A stretch of 35,920 nt of DNA, from positions 1 through 35,920 of the forward strand of contig JBFXEP010000002.1 of the NCBI GenBank assembly GCA_050179995.1, written 5' to 3'. Below, in pieces: positions 8,278 to 17,369 of this stretch (positions are counted from its first letter, which is position 1; each line of letters opens with the position of its first letter). The notes below the pieces were generated by a model. That model did not search any database and was not told the DNA's origin. It was given only the letters and a program-made list of their open reading frames with translations. The stretch comes from Hyphomicrobium sp. (GTDB lineage: Bacteria; Pseudomonadota; Alphaproteobacteria; Rhizobiales; Hyphomicrobiaceae). Made by a program: the position numbers and the translations under genes.

Positions 8278-9281
8278 CCGCCGACAACGCTCACGCCGGA
8301 AATCGGCGGACCGTCGTAGGATCGAGGACAGGACCGCCGCCCCGCGCGATCCGCATACTGCAGCCAGTCAAAGCCGCCTGATCGAAGGTACAGGCAGTTA
8401 AGGGCTGGCGGGCGCTCTACCGTCACCCGCTCTCCATTTCGAACTACAGTCCTTGGCGCTTGCCACGTCTCGATTTCGAGCGCGAGGCCGTCAGGAAGCG
8501 CGACGGCTGACCGATAGTCAGGCGGGCAGACAGTCGCGCCCATCTGGATGCCCGCAAAAGGATGCGCGTTGATAATGCGCTGCCACGCGATCCCGTAAGG
8601 CGCGGCTTCGTCTTGTTGCCAGAAACGAACAACTTTGCCTTCTTCATCGCCATAGCGGCACTCAAGGATCGTTCGTCCGGACGCCCATTTGCGATGCTCG
8701 CCCAAGATAAACTCATCATAGGATGACGGCTCTCGCAAAGCGGGCAGCGAGGGAGCAAGCTCGGCAAAGCTGTACTCCGCCGAGCTTTGCAGTGGCGGGC
8801 CGGTGCCCACCGGCAGGCCGCCGTTCCAAATGAGGAAAAGGAACGATAGAGCGCCGCACATTGCTGCGGCGCTTTTGATCTGATTGCCCCGCTGCTGGCG
8901 TTCCGCAGCAGCCCGCCGCTCCTCTTCGCGTCGCCGGGCTTCTTCCTCTTCCCGTGCGCGTGCTGCTTCCGCTTCCCGGCGGGCGCGTTCTTGCGCGGCT
9001 TGTCTAGCCGCCTGCGCCTGCCGCTCACGCTCCAAGTCTTCGGCGTTAAGGCCTGTATGGCCGAGGTCCGGCCTGCCTGTTTTGAGCCAAGCGAGAATAA
9101 AGTCGCGGGCGTTGTTGATCGCCTGCGCTTCCTCCTTGGTGCCGCCGACATCGGGATGCGCGCGGCGCAACATCGCATTGGCGCGCTTGTTCACATCGCG
9201 CGCGTGCGTAATTTCCGGCGGCGAGAGAGAAAGTATCGCAAGGCTCTTTCGGACATCATCTAGGCGCGGCGGCTTGATCAT
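8274..9281 (-). CDS. Membrane-anchored J-domain (DnaJ class C) protein
   Basis: N-terminal J domain with RRAHPDVGG..AQAINNARD, charged coiled coil, one hydrophobic segment (AAAMCGALSFLFLIW) and a C-terminal domain with four Cys. Confidence 0.85.
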   Translation of the reverse strand: MIKPPRLDDVRKSLAILSLSPPEITHARDVNKRANAMLRRAHPDVGGTKEEAQAINNARDFILAWLKTGRPDLGHTGLNAEDLERERQAQAARQAAQERARREAEAARAREEEEARRREEERRAAAERQQRGNQIKSAAAMCGALSFLFLIWNGGLPVGTGPPLQSSAEYSFAELAPSLPALREPSSYDEFILGEHRKWASGRTILECRYGDEEGKVVRFWQQDEAAPYGIAWQRIINAHPFAGIQMGATVCPPDYRSAVALPDGLALEIETWQAPRTVVRNGERVTVERPPALNCLYLRSGGFDWLQYADRAGRRSCPRSYDGPPISGVSVVGG

Positions 9282-9286
9282 TGCCG

Positions 9287-9889
9287 CTAGCCAAGATCAG
9301 GCGCGCGCCCGAAGTCAGATTCCTTTGCACCCGCCCGCTGACCGTTTTTCATCGCGCGCGTTGCGTTGCAGACATTTTGCAGGCGCAGCACGAGCGCACG
9401 CGCAAGTTCCATTTCCTTTTGGGGCATCGCGGCGAGCGGCACGCGCTTCTCGCCGTAGTGCATCACAACCTCGATGGCGTCGCGATACGTCGTGTCCTTG
9501 CCGCGCTCCGTGAGGGCCTTTGAATGTTGCTCAATGCGAAACTCTGTCCGGAGGTCGCGCGAGTAGTGCTTCTGACCAAAAGTCGAACCGACCGAAATCT
9601 CATCGCCACCAACAGCGATGTTGAGGCTCCCCCCAAAAATGCCAAGCAGCGCCTTCTTGAAGAAAAGGTAGTAGATTGCGATGAAGGCACCGAGCATGAA
9701 AAGCCCGATCATGGGGTTGCCGCTGCCGATGGTGGCAAAGCCCGCCATCATCACAGCGATGAGGCCCGTAAACATGCTCGCGTGTGTCTCAAAGCGCGGC
9801 TTGGGGTAAGTCCCCGTGATATAGGCGCGCCCGTCATCGAACGTTGTGTGTGGCCAGTCGGCCAGCGGCTCTTCAATTTTCTTCGCCAT
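9287..9889 (-). CDS. Two-TM membrane protein with beta-rich (PH-like) C-terminal domain
   Basis: Two hydrophobic helices (MFTGLIAVMMAGFATIG; MIGLFMLGAFIAIYYLFF); 3-nt and 5-nt gaps to its neighbours. Confidence 0.8.
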   Translation of the reverse strand: MAKKIEEPLADWPHTTFDDGRAYITGTYPKPRFETHASMFTGLIAVMMAGFATIGSGNPMIGLFMLGAFIAIYYLFFKKALLGIFGGSLNIAVGGDEISVGSTFGQKHYSRDLRTEFRIEQHSKALTERGKDTTYRDAIEVVMHYGEKRVPLAAMPQKEMELARALVLRLQNVCNATRAMKNGQRAGAKESDFGRAPDLG

Positions 9890-9892
9890 AGC

Positions 9893-11449
9893 TCACTCAG
9901 CACTATCGAATTTACCGGCAAAGAGTTCGTGGCGGTCATACTTCACGCGCTGTATGACCGCTGGCGGCAGGCCGGGCCGGATAAGGATCTGCCGCTGGTA
10001 GACATCATCACGCCCGAAGAAGCGGGCTGCTTCTTCGGGCGTGAGAAGATCGCGCACCTCGAGCGACCACGAAGCGCCGGTCGCGCCGCTTGTGCGCTGA
10101 GAAGTCGTCACATCGCTGTTGCGCTCGACGATGAGGGAAGTCTGACCGCAGCGCTTGCTGATGTATTCAAGCGTGGTCATGTCGCTGTTGCCGAAGAAGA
10201 TCATGATCCCGGCATTGCCAAGGAACGTCTCCCAGCCGTCCTTGTAGTGCCGTTTCAACTGCGTGAGGTCTTGCAGCACGATCAGGAGCTTCATGCCGAA
10301 GCCAGCGATGAGGCCCGCCGCGACCTCGATCTGCTGCATAAAGCCAAGGACGTGAAACTCTTCCAGAACGGCGAGGACGGGGATGGTGGGCTTCGTTTTC
10401 TCGCGCTCCATCGCTTCGATCGCGAGATTGACGAACAGCCGAAACCAGCGGTTACAGGTCGCCATGCGGCCAGCAGGCAGGCAGAGATAGACCGTCAACC
10501 CTGCGTCGTCAGTCTTCAGCTGCGAAAGATCAAAGCCGTGATGCGAGAGTGAATCCCGCAGCGGCGGGTAATCCAGAAACTTCGTGTTGCGAAGAGCGAC
10601 CGATAAGACCGACGCGCGTTCGCGGTCAGCCTTATCGTAGAAGTCTCGCGCCGCGCCATCCAAGGCGGCGGCGAGTGAAGCGTTACCTTTCTCGCGCCAG
10701 CCGTCGGCGTTGTGAACAAGCTCCGTTCGCACCTGCGGCGGCGCCTCGCCCTCGAACCCGTCTGGCAGGTCAGTGACCTTATCAAACGCCCGCTTCAGGA
10801 CTTCGCGGACGGTGACGAGCGTCCGCTCGCCTTCGTAAGCAGGATACGTCGCAACATGCAGGATAACCGCCTCGATAAGATTACGGGCGCTTTCATCCCA
10901 ATGAGGGTCCGCCTGCGCGCTGCCGACCACGATTGCATCCGCGATCAGCCCAGCATCTGCGATAAGCGTCGGGCTATCCGGGGCTAGAATGGCAAGGGGG
11001 TTAAAACCTACCTTGAAGGGCTCCAGCCGCGCGGCGCAGACGCCGAAGGGGTCGACGATGCAAATGCGCTGCCCAAGCTCACCCCGGCGGCGGGCGGTGA
11101 CATTGGCAAGCTCACCCTTCGGGTCGATTGCCAGCACCGATCCCTCGTACTCAAGAAGGGTCGGTATAAGGCAGCTGCGGCCCTTACCGGCCCGCGACCC
11201 CGCACACAAAACAACGTGCCGGTCATCCCCCAGCCCGAGAGCCTTGCCGCCCGTCACAAAGGGTTCGGTGCCGCTCCGCTGGCTGCTGCCCGCAACGACG
11301 CCAAGAAACACCTTCCCGCCCGAAAAACGGAGCGTCTCATTGCAGGCAAGTTCGTCAGGACCGACCCAAGCAGCAAGGGGGGTTTTCTGATTATCGAGAG
11401 GGCGCGAACGAACGCCCCGTGGCAAGTCGTCCAGCATCGTGCGCTCCAA
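9893..11449 (-). CDS. virD4: Type IV coupling protein, VirD4/TraG family, lacking an N-terminal TM anchor
   Basis: RHVVLCAGSRAGKG Walker A, IDPKGEL, FNPL, HWDESA, VLEEFHVLG Walker B, LQDLTQL..Y, RDLLTPEE. Confidence 0.92.
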   Translation of the reverse strand: MERTMLDDLPRGVRSRPLDNQKTPLAAWVGPDELACNETLRFSGGKVFLGVVAGSSQRSGTEPFVTGGKALGLGDDRHVVLCAGSRAGKGRSCLIPTLLEYEGSVLAIDPKGELANVTARRRGELGQRICIVDPFGVCAARLEPFKVGFNPLAILAPDSPTLIADAGLIADAIVVGSAQADPHWDESARNLIEAVILHVATYPAYEGERTLVTVREVLKRAFDKVTDLPDGFEGEAPPQVRTELVHNADGWREKGNASLAAALDGAARDFYDKADRERASVLSVALRNTKFLDYPPLRDSLSHHGFDLSQLKTDDAGLTVYLCLPAGRMATCNRWFRLFVNLAIEAMEREKTKPTIPVLAVLEEFHVLGFMQQIEVAAGLIAGFGMKLLIVLQDLTQLKRHYKDGWETFLGNAGIMIFFGNSDMTTLEYISKRCGQTSLIVERNSDVTTSQRTSGATGASWSLEVRDLLTPEEAARFFGRDDVYQRQILIRPGLPPAVIQRVKYDRHELFAGKFDSAE

Positions 11450-11722
11450 TATGCGAGCCGCAAAACGAGCATGCCGTCAGCCTTGAGATTAACCCACCAG
11501 TTTCAGCGGGCGTGGTTGACAACCCACCGGGGAGAAACGGTGCAAATGGCTTGGGAATTTAGTCCTGTGGAGCGGCGCAAAGGCGTCGCGACTTCACAAG
11601 CCGACTCAGGCCATAGAGCTACAAATGCCAGCTGTATGAGCCTTTTCCATCGCTCGAATTAATACCGTAACTACACGAAAGTTTGTAATCCAAAGGATAT
11701 TATGTAAAACTTAAAGTTGTGG

Positions 11723-11754
11723 AGGGCGCACTTTTGGGTTTGGCTTTGCCAAAC
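11723..11754 (-). promoter_or_regulatory. oriT: MOBQ-type oriT (nic predicted between 11729 and 11728 on the minus strand)
   Basis: Minus strand reads GTTTGGC-AAA-GCCAAAC-CCAAAAGTG^CGCCCT: inverted repeat followed by the AAGTGCGCCCT core of RSF1010/R1162-family origins; lies between divergent T4CP and relaxase genes, next to an AT-rich tract. Confidence 0.88.
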
Positions 11755-12008
11755 GCCGGTGCGCCACGGCTCTTATGGGGTTGCACCCCCGGCGCAGCCA
11801 CCCCTGCAGCCGCCCTCGCGGGCGGCGGGCGCTCATTGGCGCTTAGCCTAGTCCCTCATGCGCCGGGACAGGCTTTACCTCGCTCTTGGGGCGAGGCCCC
11901 GCCGCTAGGCATCCGTGTTCGCCTCGCGGCGAAGCCGGTCGTTTCGAACGACCGGCAAGGATCGCGCGCACCCTTCGGGACGCTTCTTGCGCGGCAGGTG
12001 GTGCGCGT

Positions 12009-13517
12009 TTGGCGATCTACTCTTGCAACCTCAAAAGTATCGGACGCACCACCCATGATGCGGGCACGGCGGGTGCCCACATCCGCTACATCAGCCGCCC
12101 CGAAGCGGAGCCTGTCATCCATGCCCATCGCATGCCCGAGGATGCGCGCGAAGCACGCACCTGGCTGGATGGGCAGGAACGCGAGATGCGCAAGAACGCC
12201 CGCGTTATCGACAAGCTCCGCATAGCGCTGCCGCGCGAGCTGACAGACGCGCAGCGCTCGGCCCTTGTGGAGCGGTTCATGGCTGGGTTAACGGGCGAAC
12301 GCATCCCGTGGTTCGCCGCAATCCACCAGCGCGGCAAGGATGCCTTGAACCCGCATGTTCACATCGCGATCCATGACCGCGATGCGAGGACAGGCCAGCG
12401 CGTTTTGCGCCTGTCAGACAATGCCCGCGACCGGGCCAAGGCGGGGCTTCCCGGGCCGAAGGCGGTCGAGTGGGTTCGCGAACGGTGGGAGAAGGCCTGC
12501 AACGAGGCCTTGGCGCAAGCCGGGCTTGCGGTCCGGATCGACCGGCGGACGCTTTCCGCGCAAGGGATCGACCGGGAGCCCACCATTCACGAAGGCCCGC
12601 GTGCCCAGCATATCGACGATCATGTGCGAAGGCCGGAGTCGCAAGCCCGCATCAATGGCTGCGGGCGCGTCATCGACTACCCCGGCATTGATCGCGGCAG
12701 GACGCGCCGCGAATTCAACGCACATATCATCGACATCAACCTTGATCGGCTCACGCGGTCCGGGAACACCGCCAAGGCGATGTGGGCATTGTTCGAAAAA
12801 GAACAGAGCGCGCTCGATAAGGCGCTTGAAACCCGGCTATGCGCTGAAAGCCGGGAGCGCACGGCGGAGGCGCGGCTCACCTCGCTCCGCTATCTAGCGC
12901 GCGTCGCTGCCCTTCGCGCCGAAAGCAGGCTCAAGGCGCGGGCGGCAGCGCGAAGCGTCGCGGCGCAGCACGAACCGCGACGCCTTGAACTGCGCACGCG
13001 GCAGCATGCCGAACGCGCGCAGCTTAAGAACAGGCAAAGCCGCCTCTACATCCGCATATTCGCCATGCTCGATTTTACGGGCATCACCCGCAGGCGGCAG
13101 GAGGCGGCAAGACGGGCGCTTTCGCTTGACCACCGCGAAGAGCGCCTTGCGCTTCGCAATCGGCTTATTGCGGCGCGCAGCAGTGCCATCGCCGGGGTGC
13201 GGACGCGCTATGGCGGGCAGATCACCCGGGAAAGCGACCGCCGCGTCGCGCACCTTGCCCAGCTTATGGAAGCGCACCAGCAGGCGGACCACTTTGCCGA
13301 CATCGACCGGCAGCAGCGCGAGCTGGAGCGCGAACACGTGCGCGCCTTGACCGACTCCAAGATCAACGCGCGCCTGAAGGCCGAGCGCGAAGCCGAAACG
13401 AAAGGCAAGAGCGGCAAGACAAGCGATAGCTTCAGGAGCGCGCTTATGAAGACCGCGAAGCAGGAAAAGGATCGCGGCCCGGGCAAGGACAAGCCGGATC
13501 GCGGCTACGAGCGTTAA
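12009..13517 (+). CDS. mobA: MobA/MobL-family (MOBQ) relaxase with coiled-coil C-terminus
   Basis: TTG start giving (M)AIYSCNLKSIGR, AHIRYISR (catalytic Tyr), IALPREL, AIH...NPHVHIAIHDR (HUH) and RIDRRTLSAQGIDREPTIHEG. Confidence 0.93.
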   Translation: MAIYSCNLKSIGRTTHDAGTAGAHIRYISRPEAEPVIHAHRMPEDAREARTWLDGQEREMRKNARVIDKLRIALPRELTDAQRSALVERFMAGLTGERIPWFAAIHQRGKDALNPHVHIAIHDRDARTGQRVLRLSDNARDRAKAGLPGPKAVEWVRERWEKACNEALAQAGLAVRIDRRTLSAQGIDREPTIHEGPRAQHIDDHVRRPESQARINGCGRVIDYPGIDRGRTRREFNAHIIDINLDRLTRSGNTAKAMWALFEKEQSALDKALETRLCAESRERTAEARLTSLRYLARVAALRAESRLKARAAARSVAAQHEPRRLELRTRQHAERAQLKNRQSRLYIRIFAMLDFTGITRRRQEAARRALSLDHREERLALRNRLIAARSSAIAGVRTRYGGQITRESDRRVAHLAQLMEAHQQADHFADIDRQQRELEREHVRALTDSKINARLKAEREAETKGKSGKTSDSFRSALMKTAKQEKDRGPGKDKPDRGYER

Positions 13518-13593
13518 CGCTAGGACCGCATTGCTGAGCGTTCGGGCCGCGCTCGATCCTATGGTTTGGCGTTGATCGAACAGCGGTGCAGCC

Positions 13594-14094
13594 GTGATCA
13601 AACCGCCCGAGCATCCATTAGGACCTGCGTTCGAGGAAGCGCGCGAGTGGGAAGCGCAGCAGCAAAAGCTTCTCACAGAACAGCAGCGCGGGGTACTGGA
13701 CGCGCTGAAGCGCCGCCAGCACATCGAGCGCGCACGGCAGCAAGAGCGGCTTGAAGCTGTCCGCAAGCAGCTCGACGAACGTGCGAAGAAGCGCCAGCCA
13801 AAACCGGAACTCGCATTGTCGCCTCCGGTGCTGGTAGCCGATCCGTATATCAGGCGGCAGGCCCGCTACATCATCGCGGGCGAAAAGCGCCTGACGCAGC
13901 TTGATCGCCGCCATCAGGAAGAGCGCTTCTCCGCACTCAAGTCCTTCGAGAAGGCCCGCGAGGAGACTGAGCGCGCAAAGTCAGGCCAAGACCTTTCCGC
14001 GTCGTGGAAGAAAGCGCTGCAGAAAACCGCCGCACAAGAGCGGGATCACGACAGGGCGCGAGAGAACAATCTCGACCTCGATAAATCGCGCTAA
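13594..14094 (+). CDS. Coiled-coil protein resembling the relaxase C-terminal region
   Basis: Tail KSGQDLSASWKKALQKTAAQERD aligns with relaxase KSGKTSDSFRSALMKTAKQEKD. Confidence 0.8.
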   Translation: MIKPPEHPLGPAFEEAREWEAQQQKLLTEQQRGVLDALKRRQHIERARQQERLEAVRKQLDERAKKRQPKPELALSPPVLVADPYIRRQARYIIAGEKRLTQLDRRHQEERFSALKSFEKAREETERAKSGQDLSASWKKALQKTAAQERDHDRARENNLDLDKSR

Positions 14095-14125
14095 GGCGCA
14101 GTTGTCCGAGCGCCGCATAAATTGC

Positions 14126-14153
14126 TTGCATATATCAAAATATTTTGTATTAT
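14126..14153 (+). promoter_or_regulatory. ars promoter/operator
   Basis: TTGCAT-N16-TATTAT with the perfect palindrome CAAAATATTTTG (14136-14147) in the spacer; ATG 6 nt after the -10 with no RBS. Confidence 0.7.
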
Positions 14154-14159
14154 CGCTGC

Positions 14160-14513
14160 ATGGAAGAAGACGATGCAGTAACCGCACTCGCGGCGCTCTC
14201 ACATTCACACCGCCTTCGCATCTTCAGGATGCTCGTGCGGCAAGGCCCAAGCGGCATCCCGGCAGGTGAAATCGGTGAAGGTCTTGGCATCAGCCAGACA
14301 AGCGCTTCGTTTCACCTCAAGGAACTCGACCGCGCCGGGCTAATCACGCCGACACGCGAAGGCCGCTTCATCCGCTACGCGGTGAAGGTCGAGGGCATGC
14401 GCCAGCTTCTCACCTACCTCACGGAAGATTGCTGCCAAGGGCAGCCGGAGCTTTGCGGCAGCTCGATCAAGAAAGCCCGCGCCGTTTGTACCAGTAAGGG
14501 AGGGTCAAAATGA
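14160..14513 (+). CDS. arsR: ArsR/SmtB transcriptional repressor with C-terminal Cys pair
   Basis: ALAALSHSHRLRIFRML..SFHLKELDRAGLI..REGRFIRY winged HTH; EDCCQGQPELC As(III) ligands. Confidence 0.95.
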   Translation: MEEDDAVTALAALSHSHRLRIFRMLVRQGPSGIPAGEIGEGLGISQTSASFHLKELDRAGLITPTREGRFIRYAVKVEGMRQLLTYLTEDCCQGQPELCGSSIKKARAVCTSKGGSK

Positions 14514-15031
14514 CAACGCAACGTCCGCTCAACGTCCTGTTTTTATGCACGCACAATTCGGCGCGCTCGATCATCGCGGAGTGCGTCATGAACCGCCTCG
14601 GCGCTGGCAAGTTCAAAGGCTATAGCGCGGGAAGCTTTCCAAGCGGCAAGGTGCATCCGTTCGCGCTCGATATGCTGAACACGCTCAACTACGACACAAG
14701 CGGCCTTCGCTCGAAGCATTGGGATGAATTCTCCGCTCCCGGCGCGCCGCAGCTCGATTTCGTCTTCACCGTCTGCGACAACGCAGCGAACGAGGTTTGC
14801 CCGGTCTGGCCCGGCCAGCCCATCAGCGCGCATTGGGGCTTGCCCGATCCTTCGGCAGCCCAAGGTAATGAAGCGGAGCGCCGCGTTGCGTTCGCCGACA
14901 CGCACCGCATGCTCAATCAGCGAATCGGCATTTTCACAAATCTTCCGCTCGCCTCTCTCGACTCCCTAACGCTCAAAGAGCACCTGACCGACATCGGGCG
15001 GGGCCTCGCGCCGACGCCGGAGAAAGCGTAA
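14510..15031 (+). CDS. arsC: Arsenate reductase, LMW-PTPase/thioredoxin type
   Basis: FLCTHNSARS (CX5R), TVCDNAANEVCPVWPG, HWGLPDP. Confidence 0.95.
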   Translation: MTTQRPLNVLFLCTHNSARSIIAECVMNRLGAGKFKGYSAGSFPSGKVHPFALDMLNTLNYDTSGLRSKHWDEFSAPGAPQLDFVFTVCDNAANEVCPVWPGQPISAHWGLPDPSAAQGNEAERRVAFADTHRMLNQRIGIFTNLPLASLDSLTLKEHLTDIGRGLAPTPEKA

Positions 15032-15730
15032 GTGGGGCCTCTGCCGCAAAAGCTTCTTGCCGAAGCGCTCGGGACGGCTCTACTTCTCGCAACCGTGATC
15101 GGCTCCGGCATTATGGGCGAGCGCCTTAGCGGCGGCATCGAGGGCATAGCGCTTCTTGGTAATACCCTTGCGACCGGCGCTATCTTGTTTGTGCTGATCA
15201 CCATGCTCGCGCCGCTCTCCGGCGCGCACTTCAACCCGGCAGTCACCGCCGTGATGGTTGTGCGGCGCGAACTCAGCATGCGGGATGGTGCCGCCTATAT
15301 CGCCGTGCAAGTGATCGCAGCGATAGTCGGCGTTATTATCGCGCACGGCATGTTCGAGCAGCCGCTCTTCCAACTATCCGAGAAGATGCGCGCCGGGAGT
15401 GCGCAGGGATTTTCTGAAGTGATCGCAACGTTCGGGCTCGTTGCGGTCATACTCCTTACGCGGCGGGCGCGAAGCGATGCCGTGCCGCTATCGGTTGCCC
15501 TCTACATCACGGCTGCTTACTGGTTCACGGCATCGACTTCGTTTGCGAATCCGGCAGTCACAATCGCGCGCGGCTTTTCGAATACGTTTGCTGGCATCAG
15601 ACTTGAAGATGTGGCGCTCTTCATCGCAGCGCAGCTTGCAGGGGCAGTATTGGCAATGGTCCTATGCGCTGCACTTACCGCTAAAGCGGGCGCACGCGAA
15701 ACTACGGGCGCGGCCCGTCCAGCGGAGTGA
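15032..15730 (+). CDS. aqpS: MIP-family aquaglyceroporin, arsenite channel
   Basis: Two NPA boxes ([20 protein letters not shown]), six hydrophobic helices, ars operon context. Confidence 0.9.
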   Translation: MGPLPQKLLAEALGTALLLATVIGSGIMGERLSGGIEGIALLGNTLATGAILFVLITMLAPLSGAHFNPAVTAVMVVRRELSMRDGAAYIAVQVIAAIVGVIIAHGMFEQPLFQLSEKMRAGSAQGFSEVIATFGLVAVILLTRRARSDAVPLSVALYITAAYWFTASTSFANPAVTIARGFSNTFAGIRLEDVALFIAAQLAGAVLAMVLCAALTAKAGARETTGAARPAE

Positions 15731-16452
15731 AAAGATTGGATTCTGATTTTCCGGCGCTCGTACCGGCGCACTTTGAGGTCCCGACGCAGAAAAAGCTCGA
15801 AGTCAAAGTGCCGTCTACTCACAAACCGCGTATCCTTCTTCTCTACGGCTCGCTGCGCGAACGCTCGTTCAGCAAGTTTCTTGCGGAGGAAGCAGCAAGG
15901 CTGTTAGAGGCGTTCGGCGCTGAAACGAGGCTTTTCGATCCGCACGGTTTCCCGCTTCCCGACAGCGTGCCGGACACTCACGAGAAGGTACAGGAGTTGC
16001 GCGCGCTCGCGGCTTGGTCCGAGGGGCAAGTTTGGTGTTCGCCCGAACGGCACGGCGCGATGAGCGGAATCATCAAAGCGCAGATCGACTGGATACCGCT
16101 CTCCGTTGGCGCGGTGCGTCCGACACAAGGCAAAACGCTTGCCGTCATGCAGGTATGCGGTGGCTCGCAGTCATTCAACGCCGTCAATCAGATGCGCGTC
16201 CTTGGACGCTGGATGCGCATGTTCACGATCCCGAACCAGTCGTCGGTCGCCAAGGCATTTGCGGAATTCGATGATCGCGGCAGGATGAAGCCTTCCGCCT
16301 ACTATGATCGCGTCGTCGACGTCACCGAGGAGCTTGTGAAGTTCACGCTCCTGCTGCGCGACCGCGCACCGTACCTTGTCGACCGCTACAGCGAACGCAA
16401 AGAAAGCGCGGAAGAACTGAGCAAACGTGTCAATCTTGGTCGCGCTGTGTAA
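15727..16452 (+). CDS. arsH: Arsenical resistance flavoprotein ArsH
   Basis: [53 protein letters not shown]. Confidence 0.97.
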   Translation: MKRLDSDFPALVPAHFEVPTQKKLEVKVPSTHKPRILLLYGSLRERSFSKFLAEEAARLLEAFGAETRLFDPHGFPLPDSVPDTHEKVQELRALAAWSEGQVWCSPERHGAMSGIIKAQIDWIPLSVGAVRPTQGKTLAVMQVCGGSQSFNAVNQMRVLGRWMRMFTIPNQSSVAKAFAEFDDRGRMKPSAYYDRVVDVTEELVKFTLLLRDRAPYLVDRYSERKESAEELSKRVNLGRAV

Positions 16453-16482
16453 AGGGTGTCGTTGGTCATAATATCGACCCCG

Positions 16483-16511
16483 TTGACCATCCTAGGGCTG
16501 ATCAATATTAT
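16483..16511 (+). promoter_or_regulatory. Near-consensus sigma70 promoter, probably leaderless transcript
   Basis: TTGACC-N17-TATTAT, ATG 6 nt downstream (16518), no SD. Confidence 0.7.
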
Positions 16512-16517
16512 CGAGCC

Positions 16518-16703
16518 ATGAAAGCTATTTTTTCGAAAGTTGCACGACCCCAAACTCTCGCTCAGTCTGTTGTTGGAGGGATTGTTGTTTTTGCCTTCAC
16601 CGAGAGCCTAGCAATGTACGCGGCTTCAGTTGTTGCCATTCACCTCGCCATCAGCGGTTACCGCTATTATAGGGACAAGCAGCCTGTCCTGAATGCCGGA
16701 TGA
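16518..16703 (+). CDS. Small two-TM membrane protein (61 aa)
   Basis: Two hydrophobic stretches; promoter directly upstream; overlaps the next ORF by 11 nt. Confidence 0.65.
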   Translation: MKAIFSKVARPQTLAQSVVGGIVVFAFTESLAMYAASVVAIHLAISGYRYYRDKQPVLNAG

Positions 16704-17058
16704 GAGCAAATCCGTCGGTGAAACTCTTGCTAAGACGCTGAGTTCACCGGGCGACTATGCCGCGTTTCTCCTCGGGACGGCGGGCGGTGTTGTTGTTGAC
16801 ATTCTCTCTGTTGGTACGTCGCTAGCGCAAGGCACGCTCTTTGGCGGCACGGCCGCCCTCGGGGCCAAGAAGCTCTACGACTCCCAAACGGCGCGCTCCA
16901 GCGTCCTCAAAGAGTGCAAAGAGACACAAGCGTATTACATGCAGATCGGTGACAAAGCCAAAGCGGACAAGATTGGCGCATTGATCCAGCGTGCTGAAGT
17001 CGTGACGAGCATGAAGGCCGCCGAAATCAAAAAGCGGCTGGATGAGATCGCTCAGTAA
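16693..17058 (+). CDS. Hypothetical protein (121 aa) with glycine-rich hydrophobic hairpin and helical C-terminus
   Basis: AAFLLGTAGGVVVDILSVGTSLAQGTLFGGTAALG glycine-zipper-like segment. Confidence 0.7.
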   Translation: MPDESKSVGETLAKTLSSPGDYAAFLLGTAGGVVVDILSVGTSLAQGTLFGGTAALGAKKLYDSQTARSSVLKECKETQAYYMQIGDKAKADKIGALIQRAEVVTSMKAAEIKKRLDEIAQ

Positions 17059-17277
17059 ACTTGCGATTGGTTTTTCTGCAGCGGAAGCTCGGGTCTCTCC
17101 ACCAAAGCAGGCCTTGCCCGCTTCTTCTGTCGCCGCGTCGCCCTGTCTGGGCGAGCGACGGCGGCTCCATACGAAGCAGGCAAACGGGAAAGACATAAAT
17201 GCCCTGCGGGCCGAAGCAGACAAGAATTCGGATCGACTAGGCTTCGAAAATCCATGAAAATAATCGAGGCGAATCGA

Positions 17278-17355
17278 TGTGTAGGAAAAAAACACCTGCA
17301 CAAACTCTACACAGCCAAAAGATGGCTGAAATAGCCTATAGACATCAACTAGTTG
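17278..17355. promoter_or_regulatory. Putative integrase arm-type sites and IHF-like site, right end
   Basis: Inverted TGTGTAGG (17278); tandem CCTGCACAA(17295)/TCTACACAG(17306) with 11-bp period; CATCAACTAGTTG (17343-17355) near the IHF consensus. Confidence 0.7.
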
Positions 17356-17369
17356 GCAAGGATGCCTCA

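Noticed and set aside
3426-9265. Identical 15-mer GGACATCATCTAGGC at 3426-3440 and 9251-9265 as a possible internal att or duplication
   Set aside because: Both copies lie in coding sequence of intact genes, and about one 15-mer match is expected by chance in 36 kb.
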